Below are positions 47,272 through 56,883 of a stretch of 64,000 bases of DNA, piece after piece; the first letter of the stretch is position 1; every line of letters starts with the position of its first letter. A model generated the notes under the pieces. That model ran no database searches and was not told the DNA's origin. It was given only the letters and a program-made list of their open reading frames with translations. Made by a program: the position numbers and the translations under genes. The DNA is from Candidatus Micrarchaeota archaeon (GTDB lineage: Archaea; Micrarchaeota; Micrarchaeia; Micrarchaeales; CABMGC01), in assembly GCA_021851065.1 (NCBI GenBank), contig JAJZJQ010000004.1, positions 3,707 to 67,706 of the forward strand, given 5' to 3'.

Positions 47272-47796
47272 ATGTACGAGATCGAGATTCCAAGCGGCGT
47301 TTCCGTAGCTGTTAGCGGAGACGAAGTCACTGTAAAAGGGAAACTCGGCTCAGTTGCAAAGCACACCAACCCGAAGTTCGTTGAGGTGAATGTGCAGGGA
47401 TCCAAGATAACGATAAGCGAGGTCAAGGAGCGCAAGCTGGCAAGGAAGTCTGCTCTTGCAACTAAGGCATTCAGCAGCGTGCTCAAGGGTTCAATAGACG
47501 GTGTGCAAAACGGCATAGAGGTTAAAATGAAGGTATTGTTCGCACACTTCCCCACTTCCATAGAAATAAAGGGTAACAAGATGTACTTAAAGAACCTCTT
47601 TGGAGAGAAAGTGCCAAGGGAGATAGATATAGTCGGCTCCACGAAGGTGGAGGTCAAGGGACAGGATGTCACTGTCAAGGGCTTGGACAAATACGAAGTG
47701 GGGCAGACGGTTGCTAACATAAGGCGCGGCTGCTACGCACGCGGCTACGACACCAGGGTATTCCAGGACGGTCTATATGTTGCAGCAGAGGAATGA
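47272..47796 (+). CDS. rpl6: 50S ribosomal protein L6
   Basis: 174 aa. EIPSGVSVAVSGDEVTVKGKLG. Confidence 0.9.
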   Translation: MYEIEIPSGVSVAVSGDEVTVKGKLGSVAKHTNPKFVEVNVQGSKITISEVKERKLARKSALATKAFSSVLKGSIDGVQNGIEVKMKVLFAHFPTSIEIKGNKMYLKNLFGEKVPREIDIVGSTKVEVKGQDVTVKGLDKYEVGQTVANIRRGCYARGYDTRVFQDGLYVAAEE

Positions 47797-47800
47797 TTAT

Positions 47801-48151
47801 ATGGCTATAAAGAAGAGAGACAGGATAAAATTCAGGGTTCCAAACTACGGCGCGGTCGGCAGGAGCAGGGTAGGCGAGCGCTGGAGGAAGCAAAGGGGCA
47901 TAGACAACAAGAGGCGCGTGAAGAAGATGAACCGCGGACCTGTACCGAAGATAGGCTACAAGAACAGCGATGCGGTCAGGTATTCAAGACCCGACGGCTC
48001 ATTCGAGCTGGTCGTGCACAACAGGCAGGAGCTGCTTTCTGTTCTGTCAATGCCCGGCTACAGCGCAAAGTTTGCCCACAATCTATCGGCAAGGAAGAGG
48101 GACGAGCTGCGAAAAACAGCCACAGAGCAAAACATAAACGTACTAAATTGA
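47801..48151 (+). CDS. rpl32e: 50S ribosomal protein L32e
   Basis: ERWRKQRGIDNKRR...IGYKNSDAVR. Confidence 0.85.
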   Translation: MAIKKRDRIKFRVPNYGAVGRSRVGERWRKQRGIDNKRRVKKMNRGPVPKIGYKNSDAVRYSRPDGSFELVVHNRQELLSVLSMPGYSAKFAHNLSARKRDELRKTATEQNINVLN

Positions 48152-48158
48152 TGATCTT

Positions 48159-48653
48159 ATGAGCATGAGGTTTGCAAAACGGGCGGCTGCGTACATACTT
48201 GGCAGAGGCGAGAGTTCCATACGTATAAAGCCCGACGCATTCAAGGAGGTCAGCGAAGCGCTTACAAAGGATGACATACGCAGGCTAATAAAGGACGGCA
48301 AGATATACGCCCTGCAGGAGAAGCACAACAAGAGTGCAAGATCAAAGATGCTAAAAATTGCTAGGTCTGAGGGCAGGAGCAGGGGCACAGGCAGGAGACG
48401 CGGCAGTCACAAGACGAGGTCGGGCAGACTGTGGGAGAAGAAAATCCGCTCGCAAAGGAGACTGCTGCGCGAACTCAAGGCCATGAAGAAGCTCGACACC
48501 AAGACCTTCAACGAGTACTACCGCCACACAAAAGGCAACCAGTATGCCAACAAGGCAACAATGCTGCTTCACATGAGGGAACAGGGAATACAGGTCAGCG
48601 AGGAAGAACTAAAGCAGATAAATGAAAAAGCGAGGAAGGAATACGAAAGGTAA
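48159..48653 (+). CDS. rpl19e: 50S ribosomal protein L19e
   Basis: RFAKRAAAYILGRGESSIRIKPD...IRRLIKDGKI. Confidence 0.85.
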   Translation: MSMRFAKRAAAYILGRGESSIRIKPDAFKEVSEALTKDDIRRLIKDGKIYALQEKHNKSARSKMLKIARSEGRSRGTGRRRGSHKTRSGRLWEKKIRSQRRLLRELKAMKKLDTKTFNEYYRHTKGNQYANKATMLLHMREQGIQVSEEELKQINEKARKEYER

Positions 48654-48657
48654 GACT

Positions 48658-49230
48658 ATGAGGATGGCAATAAGCTCTATGAAGTTCAGGAGAAGGAGGG
48701 AGGCAGTCACTGATTACAAGAAGAGGCTGGGCATAGTCAAAAGCGGCCTTGACCGCGTAGTTGTGCGCAAGACCAACAAGCGCATTATCGGCCAGATAGT
48801 ACGGTACGGCACCGGAGGCGACATAGTGCTGGCACATGCCGATTCAGGCGAGCTAGCGGGGTTCAAGTGGCCCAGCAGACCAAACAGGCTAACGGCATAC
48901 CTGACTGGCCTTCTACTGGCAAAAAAGGCCGGCAAGCACGCACATGGTGACCACATACTCGACATAGGCATAGCCTCGCCTGTTGCAGGATCCGTGCCAT
49001 TTGTTTTCGCCAAGGGATGCATTGACGGCGGAATGAAGCTCAGGGGCACGCTCAAGATTGATGAGAAATCCTACGGCACTGCTGCATCCAGGTATGCATC
49101 AGAGTTAAAGTCCAAGGACAGCGCAAAGTACGGAAGGCTATTTTCAGCATATATCAAGGCCGGATTCGCTCCGGAGAACCTTGGCAGCGAGTTCAACAGC
49201 GTAAAGGATAAGATAATGAAGAAGGAGTGA
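48658..49230 (+). CDS. rpl18: 50S ribosomal protein L18
   Basis: KFRRRREAVTDYKKRL. Confidence 0.9.
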   Translation: MRMAISSMKFRRRREAVTDYKKRLGIVKSGLDRVVVRKTNKRIIGQIVRYGTGGDIVLAHADSGELAGFKWPSRPNRLTAYLTGLLLAKKAGKHAHGDHILDIGIASPVAGSVPFVFAKGCIDGGMKLRGTLKIDEKSYGTAASRYASELKSKDSAKYGRLFSAYIKAGFAPENLGSEFNSVKDKIMKKE

Positions 49231-49247
49231 TTTTGTTGCGACCTAGA

Positions 49248-49910
49248 ATGTATAACGATAGGGATGAGGACAATAAGTCCAACCTGAGCGAGTGGAAGCC
49301 AAAAACGAACATCGGTAAGATGGTCAAGAGCGGAGAGATAACAGCCATAGAGCAGATATTCGCCTACGGCAAGCCTGTAAAGGAAGTTGAGATAGTGGAT
49401 TCCCTGCTGCCCCAGCTTGAGGACAAGGTAATAGAGATTGCATCAGTTCAGAGGATGACCAAGAACAACAGGAAACAGAAGTACAGGGCAACAGTCATAC
49501 TCGGGGACAGGAATGGCCATATAGGGATAGGCGTGGGCAAGGACGTTGAGGCAAAGCCTGCAATACAGACAGGCATACGCAATGCAAAGCAGCACATAGT
49601 CTCCGTTGCACTGGGCTGCGGATCATGGGAGTGCGACTGCGGAACAAGGCATAGCCTTCCACTCGTAACCCGCTCAAAGTGCGGAAGCGCTGAAATAATA
49701 CTAAAGCCTGCTCCAAGGGGGGTAGGCGTAGCCGCAAGCGCAACAGTGCGCACAGTGCTTGAACTTGCCGGGGTAAAGGACATGTGGACATTCGCAAGAG
49801 GCAGGACAAGAGACCGCTACAACATGGCTCTTGCAACATTCAACGCGCTAAAGAGCCTCGGCGAGCTTAAGAATGCCCAGGCCATAAAGGAAACGCAGGC
49901 GCAGCAGTAG
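49248..49910 (+). CDS. rps5: 30S ribosomal protein S5
   Basis: The first ATG is at 49248 (the ORF GTG at 49227 overlaps the rpl18 stop). VQRMTKNNRKQKYRATVILGDRNGHIGIGVGK. Confidence 0.9.
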   Translation: MYNDRDEDNKSNLSEWKPKTNIGKMVKSGEITAIEQIFAYGKPVKEVEIVDSLLPQLEDKVIEIASVQRMTKNNRKQKYRATVILGDRNGHIGIGVGKDVEAKPAIQTGIRNAKQHIVSVALGCGSWECDCGTRHSLPLVTRSKCGSAEIILKPAPRGVGVAASATVRTVLELAGVKDMWTFARGRTRDRYNMALATFNALKSLGELKNAQAIKETQAQQ

Positions 49911-50133
49911 AGCACTAGCGCGCCTGCAACAGGCGCTACACAACCACTCTAGGGCTGCGGAATTGCAGGCTCCACGCAAGCCAAACTTCATACTGCAGCA
50001 TATTGCCCAAAAATCCGTTCAATTCTGGCGTATCTCTCTTACGGGCTCAATACTATGTCCGCATCTTTCACTGTAAATAGCCTATGTTTATATGCTTTCA
50101 CTGCCAACCTTCTATATGTAATTGGTTGATCGG

Positions 50134-50247
50134 ATGCAAATAAGAGTAAAAAGAAAACATAGAAAAACAGGGCATGGACACAGAAAGAGGGCTGCGTCAA
50201 AACTCAAGAAATCTGCGAGAGCGAAACTGCACAGGCGAAGGCGCTGA
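50134..50247 (+). CDS. 37-aa hyperbasic mini-ORF (candidate small ribosome-associated protein)
   Basis: Hand-translated: MQIRVKRKHRKTGHGHRKRAASKLKKSARAKLHRRRR. TATA-like ttctatatgta lies about 20 nt upstream. The stop abuts the stop of the convergent gene. Confidence 0.3.
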   Translation: MQIRVKRKHRKTGHGHRKRAASKLKKSARAKLHRRRR

Positions 50248-50898
50248 TTAGTCCAGATCTCTGTACATCTTGTCATTGAATTCGTACGCGGCAGAATCTT
50301 CATCATCCTCGAGGCGCATGCTCTTTAGCATGGCTTCAAGGCTGCCGTAGGCAAGCGCTCCGGCCTCTATATCGAATGCTATTATTCTATCCCCAAATTC
50401 AGAGTAGACTATGAAATGCCTCTCGTTGCCCTTAATGACTACCACAACCCGTGACGAGATTCCTCCAAGTGCAATCAGCGTGCTGCAAAACAGAACTGCC
50501 CTATCAAAAACATCTCCTGCACCGTACTTGAGGGTCTGCGCTGGCCTTAGCCAGAATTGCACAGGTATGGACACCGGAATTATCTTGCCCCTTACATACT
50601 CATAAGATAGATTTGCTGCTTCTGTGAAATTGCTGCTGTAGTTGTATGCCGGAAATCTTGACTTTATGTCATTAGCTAGCAGCACAACTGCCTCGTCTCC
50701 AGGCGTAACAAGCCTGGGCAGGTCTGCCAGATAAAGGCCTTCTTTCTCCTCTATGTAATCCCTGTAGCGCATTATGACCTCAAGGTATATGCTGTTATAG
50801 GCCTTCAAGGCCGCAGTCTCGTCCACATTCCCACATATTGTTATGGTGGCTAATGTTATTAGTGCTATCGGAATGGGACATTCTTGGGCATAAAACAC
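50248..50898 (-). CDS. transglutaminase-like fold protein, catalytic Cys apparently substituted
   Basis: GTG start (the internal ATG at 50772 is an alternative). GAGDVFDRAVLFCSTLIALGGISSRVVV...ERHFIVYSEFGDRIIAFD aligns by eye to the G-x-C-x-D-F-A-x-L-F...G-I-P-A-R...H...D core, with Val at the Cys position. Confidence 0.4.
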   Translation of the reverse strand: MFYAQECPIPIALITLATITICGNVDETAALKAYNSIYLEVIMRYRDYIEEKEGLYLADLPRLVTPGDEAVVLLANDIKSRFPAYNYSSNFTEAANLSYEYVRGKIIPVSIPVQFWLRPAQTLKYGAGDVFDRAVLFCSTLIALGGISSRVVVVIKGNERHFIVYSEFGDRIIAFDIEAGALAYGSLEAMLKSMRLEDDEDSAAYEFNDKMYRDLD

Positions 50899-50937
50899 GC
50901 CACACCACGAGAATCCGAACAGGCCGGCAGCATAACG

Positions 50938-53900
50938 CTACCAAACCGCTACGCCTGCATTTTTGAGCTCTACGGCCTGCTGCACGAGCATTTCCGAGAC
51001 TGCGGGACGTACCTGCACTCCAGTGCGGTCATAGTACAGCTGCGACGCCAATAGGTTATCCCTATCATCAAAATAAGCCAACATGTGGGCCGAACTAACT
51101 CCAAGCTTGTCTGCGACTGCCTTGGGTATCATCTCGTTCAACATCGATGCCTGTACCAACACAACGCAGTTGAAGCTTTTCATATCTTCGATTGATGGCA
51201 GCGCATTGAATGTTCCTGCGCCCCTGCTCATGTCCAGCTCAAATATCTTGAATGGCTTTGCGTGCCTACTGCCCATTACAAACCATGGCCTCATTGCATC
51301 ATGGAACTTGTTGCCGGGTTCAAACACCTTATCATGAATCTGCCTGAGGGTCCCTTCAGCCATGTTGGTGCGCTTCGATATGTCTTCAATAAGGCCATGC
51401 GATTCCTCTCGCCCTATCCTGATCATTTCCAGCGCTGCAAAGTAGCTTCTGTACGCCTTGAATGCATCTGGCATTCTGCTGTTCTGACTTGCATCGAGCA
51501 CAATTACTGGCTTTGCCCTGGAAATGCTATCCCTTAATATGGTTTTATCTACTATCAATTCAGGTTTAAGTAGGTAATCCAGGCCATGCATCTCCGACGA
51601 GCTGGCTCTCCCAATGGCAAAGTATGCCTTCCCATTGCCCTTGTCCAATTCTCTGAGTGCCTCGCTATAAACGGCTCCAAGCCGCGTATTTCCAATAACA
51701 TCAACTCTTCCTGCACCGTCTGCTACCCTAAGAATGAGCCTGTTTATCATGGCGACCTCATATGCAGCGTATTTTAACTCATCTCCTAGCTCTGCAGACA
51801 TTTCTGCAGATGCTACCGAACCCGCTTTTATGATATTTCTGAATTCATCGAAAGTGTACATGAGTTCGTCTTCCTTCAAAGCCTGCTTTAGGCGAGGCAT
51901 TATCTTCCCATATTCTATCGCCAGGTCCAGTTCATTACCAACATCAAACGCCTTGGTGTGTCTTATCTTGCTCTTTATCTCGTCTTTTATGGTTTTACCC
52001 CCCTCAACATATCTTTCAAGGACCTGCTTAAGGGGCACAAACCCAAAACTGCTCAGTCTTGAAAGGTCTGCAAACTCTAATTTATGGTCTACCATGGCCT
52101 GCACATCCCCAGCGGAAAGTTTATACACTGGAAAATAGCCAATCAGTCTGCCAAAGGCTTGCCTAACGTATGCCTCATGAGTCCTGTCCAGCCCTGAAAG
52201 GAAACCCCTCTCAATGCCTTCCAGCTGATCTCCCCTCAATGCATTAATAACGTACCCAATCTTTCCCATGTTCTCTTCTAGCTTATCCACGGAATTCATC
52301 AGGCCCAAATCCCCCGCCATTTTTATCATCCATCTATACTTTTCATTGGCAGGGGCAAAGGACCACAAATGGTCAAGGAGGACGAATCCATCCTTGGATT
52401 TTGTTATAAGGTTCACAACCTCTTCGCTTGCAGATAATCCTTTTGCAAAATCCTCTATGTTGTCGTTTAGAACTGCATATGGGTTTCCCTCAAGAAATAC
52501 CCTAAAACTCTCACATGTCAGTAATCCTAGAAATCTGGGATCACCTGCAGTGTGTTCTATTAAGCTCAGGTACTTTATTGATTTATAGGTATCCATACTC
52601 CTTACAAAGTAAATAAACCCCTGCGTTGTAAGGATATCGATGGCCTGCGGATTTGATGCTGTCGCCGTTATCGCATCAAAATAGGAAATAGTCTCAATAC
52701 CAAAGTCCTTTATTCTATCGCTTGTCAGTATCTTAACTGCCTTGGGGTTTGGTGCAGTCCTTGCTATTGCAGTAAAAAAACTCTCCTCCTGGAACCTGTT
52801 GCTGTATTCCGAATCCGGTGTCCTTGATGCATGCTTGAATGTCAGTATCTGTGGATCTGTCAGTATTTCCAACGCACGCGGATTTGAACAGGTCATTGCC
52901 AATGCTGCGAAATAGCTTTTGAGTATATGTTTGTCGACAAACGTCACGGCGCCCAGCACCCTATCGTTCATAAGCGTATCCAAAGCAGCCGGGTTGCCCC
53001 TGTTGGCTATTATCTCATTAAAATATGCCTTTGCCCCGTTTCCATTCCAGTTTCCCTCCTCGATCGAATGCACGATATCAAGCATCCTCTTGCTCGTCAT
53101 AAGTTCTACAAATTTCGGGTTGTATGCAACTGCTGCCAGCGCCCTGGAGTAGCTTCCTGCCGAATCCTTGATGGCATGCAGTATGTTCAGGGTGGACTCG
53201 CTTGTCAGCAGCTCCACCAACTCGCGGCTGGATCCGGACAGCGCCTTCACATAATCACTGAAGAAGCTAGATCCTAACGAGTCGTTAAGCCCAAGTATGC
53301 GCTCACTGATAAGTTTTTCGACTACCTTTCGATCAGACTTTGCTTCTATCACGGCATCAAAGAAACCGACTTCATCTCCGCCCATCATCATTATGTGTTT
53401 CACGCTATTGTGACTCTCAACAATTCCGGTTGCTTTGGCTGCAACTATCATGCCTAAGAATTTGTCAAGTTCACCTGCGCCAAAAATCCTGTCCTTACTG
53501 AACCATTCACAAACTTCTCCTATGTTCCTGATCCTCTGCAGTCTTCTCGACCATGCCACGTCGTTCTCCGATTCGAGCAGGCTTACTACCTTTCTTGCAT
53601 CATCCTTATATCCAAACGATTCCAAGAACCTGCCAGTTTCGCGTTTGAACTGACCTTTGGCAAAAACTTCTCTGACACGACCAGGCGAATGGTCCTCGTT
53701 TGCGTTTCTCCTCGAATGAACAAGACCGGATCTCAACTCACCTGCACGGTCATCTACCTTCTGCTTCATCTGCGCAAGCCTGGCCTGTGACCTCATAACC
53801 TTAACCGATTCGATGTCCCTTGTCTTATGTGCATATTTCCTTCCTATTATTCTGTTTATTTCGCAGAGTTCAGAAATGTCTTCCAGATCTATCCCCGGAG

Positions 53901-54069
53901 TATTGCTGTCCAGCATCTTGTCCGTGAGCCTTGACATCTGCGCTATCTTGGCATGCACATCTTCTAATATGCCGGAATTCTGTTTTCCAACAAGATCCAG
54001 TGTTTCAAGTATGCTGTTGGACAAGCTAAGCAACCTGCCCAGTTCAGTGCCTCTGGTGCTTGAAACCAT
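50938..54069 (-). CDS. 1043-aa orphan protein with nine ~40-aa helical repeats
   Basis: Long uninterrupted ORF. Repeats with consensus (F/Y)F.A(I/L)...(S/A).NP.A...L(T/M)(S/T).... span aa 236-565 (nt about 52374-53364). No catalytic motif recognised. Confidence 0.8.
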   Translation of the reverse strand: MVSSTRGTELGRLLSLSNSILETLDLVGKQNSGILEDVHAKIAQMSRLTDKMLDSNTPGIDLEDISELCEINRIIGRKYAHKTRDIESVKVMRSQARLAQMKQKVDDRAGELRSGLVHSRRNANEDHSPGRVREVFAKGQFKRETGRFLESFGYKDDARKVVSLLESENDVAWSRRLQRIRNIGEVCEWFSKDRIFGAGELDKFLGMIVAAKATGIVESHNSVKHIMMMGGDEVGFFDAVIEAKSDRKVVEKLISERILGLNDSLGSSFFSDYVKALSGSSRELVELLTSESTLNILHAIKDSAGSYSRALAAVAYNPKFVELMTSKRMLDIVHSIEEGNWNGNGAKAYFNEIIANRGNPAALDTLMNDRVLGAVTFVDKHILKSYFAALAMTCSNPRALEILTDPQILTFKHASRTPDSEYSNRFQEESFFTAIARTAPNPKAVKILTSDRIKDFGIETISYFDAITATASNPQAIDILTTQGFIYFVRSMDTYKSIKYLSLIEHTAGDPRFLGLLTCESFRVFLEGNPYAVLNDNIEDFAKGLSASEEVVNLITKSKDGFVLLDHLWSFAPANEKYRWMIKMAGDLGLMNSVDKLEENMGKIGYVINALRGDQLEGIERGFLSGLDRTHEAYVRQAFGRLIGYFPVYKLSAGDVQAMVDHKLEFADLSRLSSFGFVPLKQVLERYVEGGKTIKDEIKSKIRHTKAFDVGNELDLAIEYGKIMPRLKQALKEDELMYTFDEFRNIIKAGSVASAEMSAELGDELKYAAYEVAMINRLILRVADGAGRVDVIGNTRLGAVYSEALRELDKGNGKAYFAIGRASSSEMHGLDYLLKPELIVDKTILRDSISRAKPVIVLDASQNSRMPDAFKAYRSYFAALEMIRIGREESHGLIEDISKRTNMAEGTLRQIHDKVFEPGNKFHDAMRPWFVMGSRHAKPFKIFELDMSRGAGTFNALPSIEDMKSFNCVVLVQASMLNEMIPKAVADKLGVSSAHMLAYFDDRDNLLASQLYYDRTGVQVRPAVSEMLVQQAVELKNAGVAVW

Positions 54070-54185
54070 AACAGAGTTGCTGCAGATCTCATTAAAAATA
54101 CTTCTTACTTCGCATGGTCCGCTGCTTGTTCATTCCGCCTGAACACAACGCTTAAAATCCCTCCTACAGATAGTTACTGGATATA

Positions 54186-55490
54186 ATGGCATCTATTCAT
54201 ATCGCCAAAGCCACAGGGAAAGTGGGCAAGCGGGTGCAGTTATCGGGGTGGGTCCATCGCAAGAGGGAGAGCGGAAGCATAATCTTCCTCGTACTAAGGG
54301 ATGTAACTGGCACAGTCCAGGTAGCCATAAAGAAGGATATGGTTGATGAAAAGTCATGGAAATCTGCCAGAGAAACGACAATAGAATCAAGCGTGAAGCT
54401 AAATGGCGTGATGAAGGAAGACAAGCGCGCTCCAACGGGATACGAAGTCGAGGCAAAGGATTTTGCCAATGTAAATATATCAGAGCCATTCCCAATAACC
54501 GAGTACCAGAGCACCGAGCTTCTGCTAGACAAAAGGCATCTGTGGCTCAGGAGCCAAAAGATGATCAACATTATGAAGGCGCGCTCGCATGTCTTCAGAT
54601 ATGCAAGGGAGTTTCTGGACAGTAAGGGATTCTTTGAGGTCACCCCTCCCATAATAACAAAAGCAGGCGGGGAAACAGGGGCAGATATGTTCGAAACCGA
54701 CTTCTTCGGATCCAAAGCCTATCTCACCGAGTCGTCTCAGCTGTATGCAGAAACCATGGTATTCTCACTCGAGAAAGTCTACTCTCTTGTGCCTTCATTC
54801 AGGGCCGAGCAGTCTAGGACAACCAAGCATCTGGCCGAGTACTGGCATCTCGAACCTGAGATGGCACACTATGACAACAAGAAGAGCATGGATCTGCAGG
54901 AAAGATTCATATCGCACATAGCCCAGAAGCTGTCCAAGGACACTGCCCTGCTCAGCGCACTGGGGGTGGACAGCAGCAGCCTGGCAGACATAAAACCACC
55001 ATTCAAGAAAGTGAGTTATGAGGAGGCGCTGCAGGCCCTCTCTGATAAGGGATTCAACATGAAATGGGGCGACGACCTAGGGGTAGAGCATGAAAGGGCG
55101 TTGACCGAATCGGAGGAGAAACCAATGTTCATATACAATTGGCCGCGGGAGATAAAGCCATTCTACATGCCGATAAATCCCAGGGATGAGCGGACAGTGC
55201 TGTGCTCCGACCTGCAGGCGCCTCATGGTCATGGTGAAATTATAGGGGGAAGCGAGAGGATATGGAAATACGATGACCTGATGGAAAGAATGGCTGAAGT
55301 TGAAAAGGCAAAGGGCGTAAAGTTTAATATGGCAAACTATCAGTGGTGGATAGAGCTTAGGAAATACGGATCAGTACCGCATGCAGGCTTTGGCATGGGT
55401 ATGGAGCGGGTCATAAAATGGCTGCTCAACCTGGACCACATACGCGATGCGATACCTTTCCCAAGGATGTCCAACCGGCTAGAGCCTTGA
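54186..55490 (+). CDS. asnS: asparagine--tRNA ligase
   Basis: Class IIb. N-terminal OB fold (VQLSGWVHRKRESGSIIFLVLRD). EYWHLEPEMA is AsnRS-type rather than the AspRS-type EFTxLDxEM. Ends in IPFPRMSNRLEP. Confidence 0.8.
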   Translation: MASIHIAKATGKVGKRVQLSGWVHRKRESGSIIFLVLRDVTGTVQVAIKKDMVDEKSWKSARETTIESSVKLNGVMKEDKRAPTGYEVEAKDFANVNISEPFPITEYQSTELLLDKRHLWLRSQKMINIMKARSHVFRYAREFLDSKGFFEVTPPIITKAGGETGADMFETDFFGSKAYLTESSQLYAETMVFSLEKVYSLVPSFRAEQSRTTKHLAEYWHLEPEMAHYDNKKSMDLQERFISHIAQKLSKDTALLSALGVDSSSLADIKPPFKKVSYEEALQALSDKGFNMKWGDDLGVEHERALTESEEKPMFIYNWPREIKPFYMPINPRDERTVLCSDLQAPHGHGEIIGGSERIWKYDDLMERMAEVEKAKGVKFNMANYQWWIELRKYGSVPHAGFGMGMERVIKWLLNLDHIRDAIPFPRMSNRLEP

Positions 55491-55518
55491 GCTGTAGATC
55501 CCGGCGTTCCCTTCGCCA

Positions 55519-56667
55519 TCAGCGCAGCCTCTGGCGCCCTCTTGTCATGTCCCTTCTCACATCTCTAAGAAGCCCTGCGGCTCTTGCCTGCATGCCCTCA
55601 TCATCCACACTCTTCACTACCTGTCTTATCTTGTGAGCTATCTCCAGCTGCTGTTTCCTAGCCGTTGCGCTGCTAACTTCATACAGCAACTCCGATATGG
55701 ACTTACTTAGTTCCAGGTCCAAGGGATCTCTCCTGCTGCCCACCACAAGCACAACATTCACTTCACGTAGACCGTCGAGTGCATCTGCAACGTTTCCTTC
55801 AAGGAATCCTTTAAGCCCGTGCACAAGCTTGTTTACGGCATCCTGCTGATATCCTATCTTGTGCGTACGCCAGTAATGTGCCGCTATCGCCTCCTTCATA
55901 GCCACGTTCCATCCGGATAAGTGCATCTCAGCATGCTTTGCAGGGTTGTCTAGGCTGGCTGGCCGTATAGCCCCGCTCACATCATGTGCATCGCCTCTGT
56001 TTATAGGGATTGAACCTACATTCATTACCAATGAGCGCCTCTCAAGCTCGCGCTTGGCTTCAGGCGCATGCTCAGCTATCTGCATTATCGCATGCTTTAG
56101 GATTGTAGCAATCACAGCTACATCATCAGCCAATAATGCCGCAGTTGCCTCCCGGTTGCCTTCTAGCACTATGGGATCAAGGTTTATCTCAAAGGAGCAA
56201 CTGCCAGTCCTGTCAAAGTACATTGCACCTCCGCGGCTACGATCTGAAGAGATGCTTATCTGGGATGACAGTTCCATTCCACCAGCCTCATGCCATCCTG
56301 CTGCATCACCAGCAACTGCAAACCTAAACTTGCCAAGCGAGCTGTCTTCCACAAGCCGGCGTAGCAGCTCATAATAAATCTCCGTCTGCTCGGCCGATGG
56401 GAATATCCTATCAGGGATCAGCGTCACAATCTGTCCAAAAGGGGAGTCTAAAATCCCCTCTGCCTTCGTATGCATTGACACTTCTGCGCTTATCCTAACC
56501 ACATTTATCGGGGTACCATGCATATTCGATATGTCGAAATATATATTGGCCTGGCCCAATGGGAACGGGAGGTCCAGATGCGACAGGCTATGCCTGCCAC
56601 TCAGATTTCCGTTGGATAGGAGCCGAAAGCGCACATCGCCAATATCAATGCTCACATCTATTCCCAT
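55519..56667 (-). CDS. hypothetical protein (382 aa)
   Basis: Long ORF with an ATG start and no recognisable motifs. Confidence 0.6.
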   Translation of the reverse strand: MGIDVSIDIGDVRFRLLSNGNLSGRHSLSHLDLPFPLGQANIYFDISNMHGTPINVVRISAEVSMHTKAEGILDSPFGQIVTLIPDRIFPSAEQTEIYYELLRRLVEDSSLGKFRFAVAGDAAGWHEAGGMELSSQISISSDRSRGGAMYFDRTGSCSFEINLDPIVLEGNREATAALLADDVAVIATILKHAIMQIAEHAPEAKRELERRSLVMNVGSIPINRGDAHDVSGAIRPASLDNPAKHAEMHLSGWNVAMKEAIAAHYWRTHKIGYQQDAVNKLVHGLKGFLEGNVADALDGLREVNVVLVVGSRRDPLDLELSKSISELLYEVSSATARKQQLEIAHKIRQVVKSVDDEGMQARAAGLLRDVRRDMTRGRQRLR

Positions 56668-56883
56668 GCTCTCAAAAATATACTGTGTGCATTCATTCTT
56701 AAATCTAGTCTCAGGATAGCCTTCTTGTCCGGCTGCTTCGATGCCGGTGCGTTATGCAGCCATGTTCGGTCTTGGTTTGAGTATTCCTGCCCTTTAGCAT
56801 CTACCTGCATAAACGATGCACTCCAATCCACTGCTACCGCAATGTATTAATACTGCCTTGCACATGGCATATATGTGGATTTT

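Noticed and set aside
49916-49938. Imperfect hairpin TAGCG(CG)CCTG-CAA-CAGGCGCTA after rps5 as an intrinsic terminator.
   Set aside because: Archaeal termination mostly uses oligo-T tracts, and none follows. I kept it only as a note in the operon-truncation finding.
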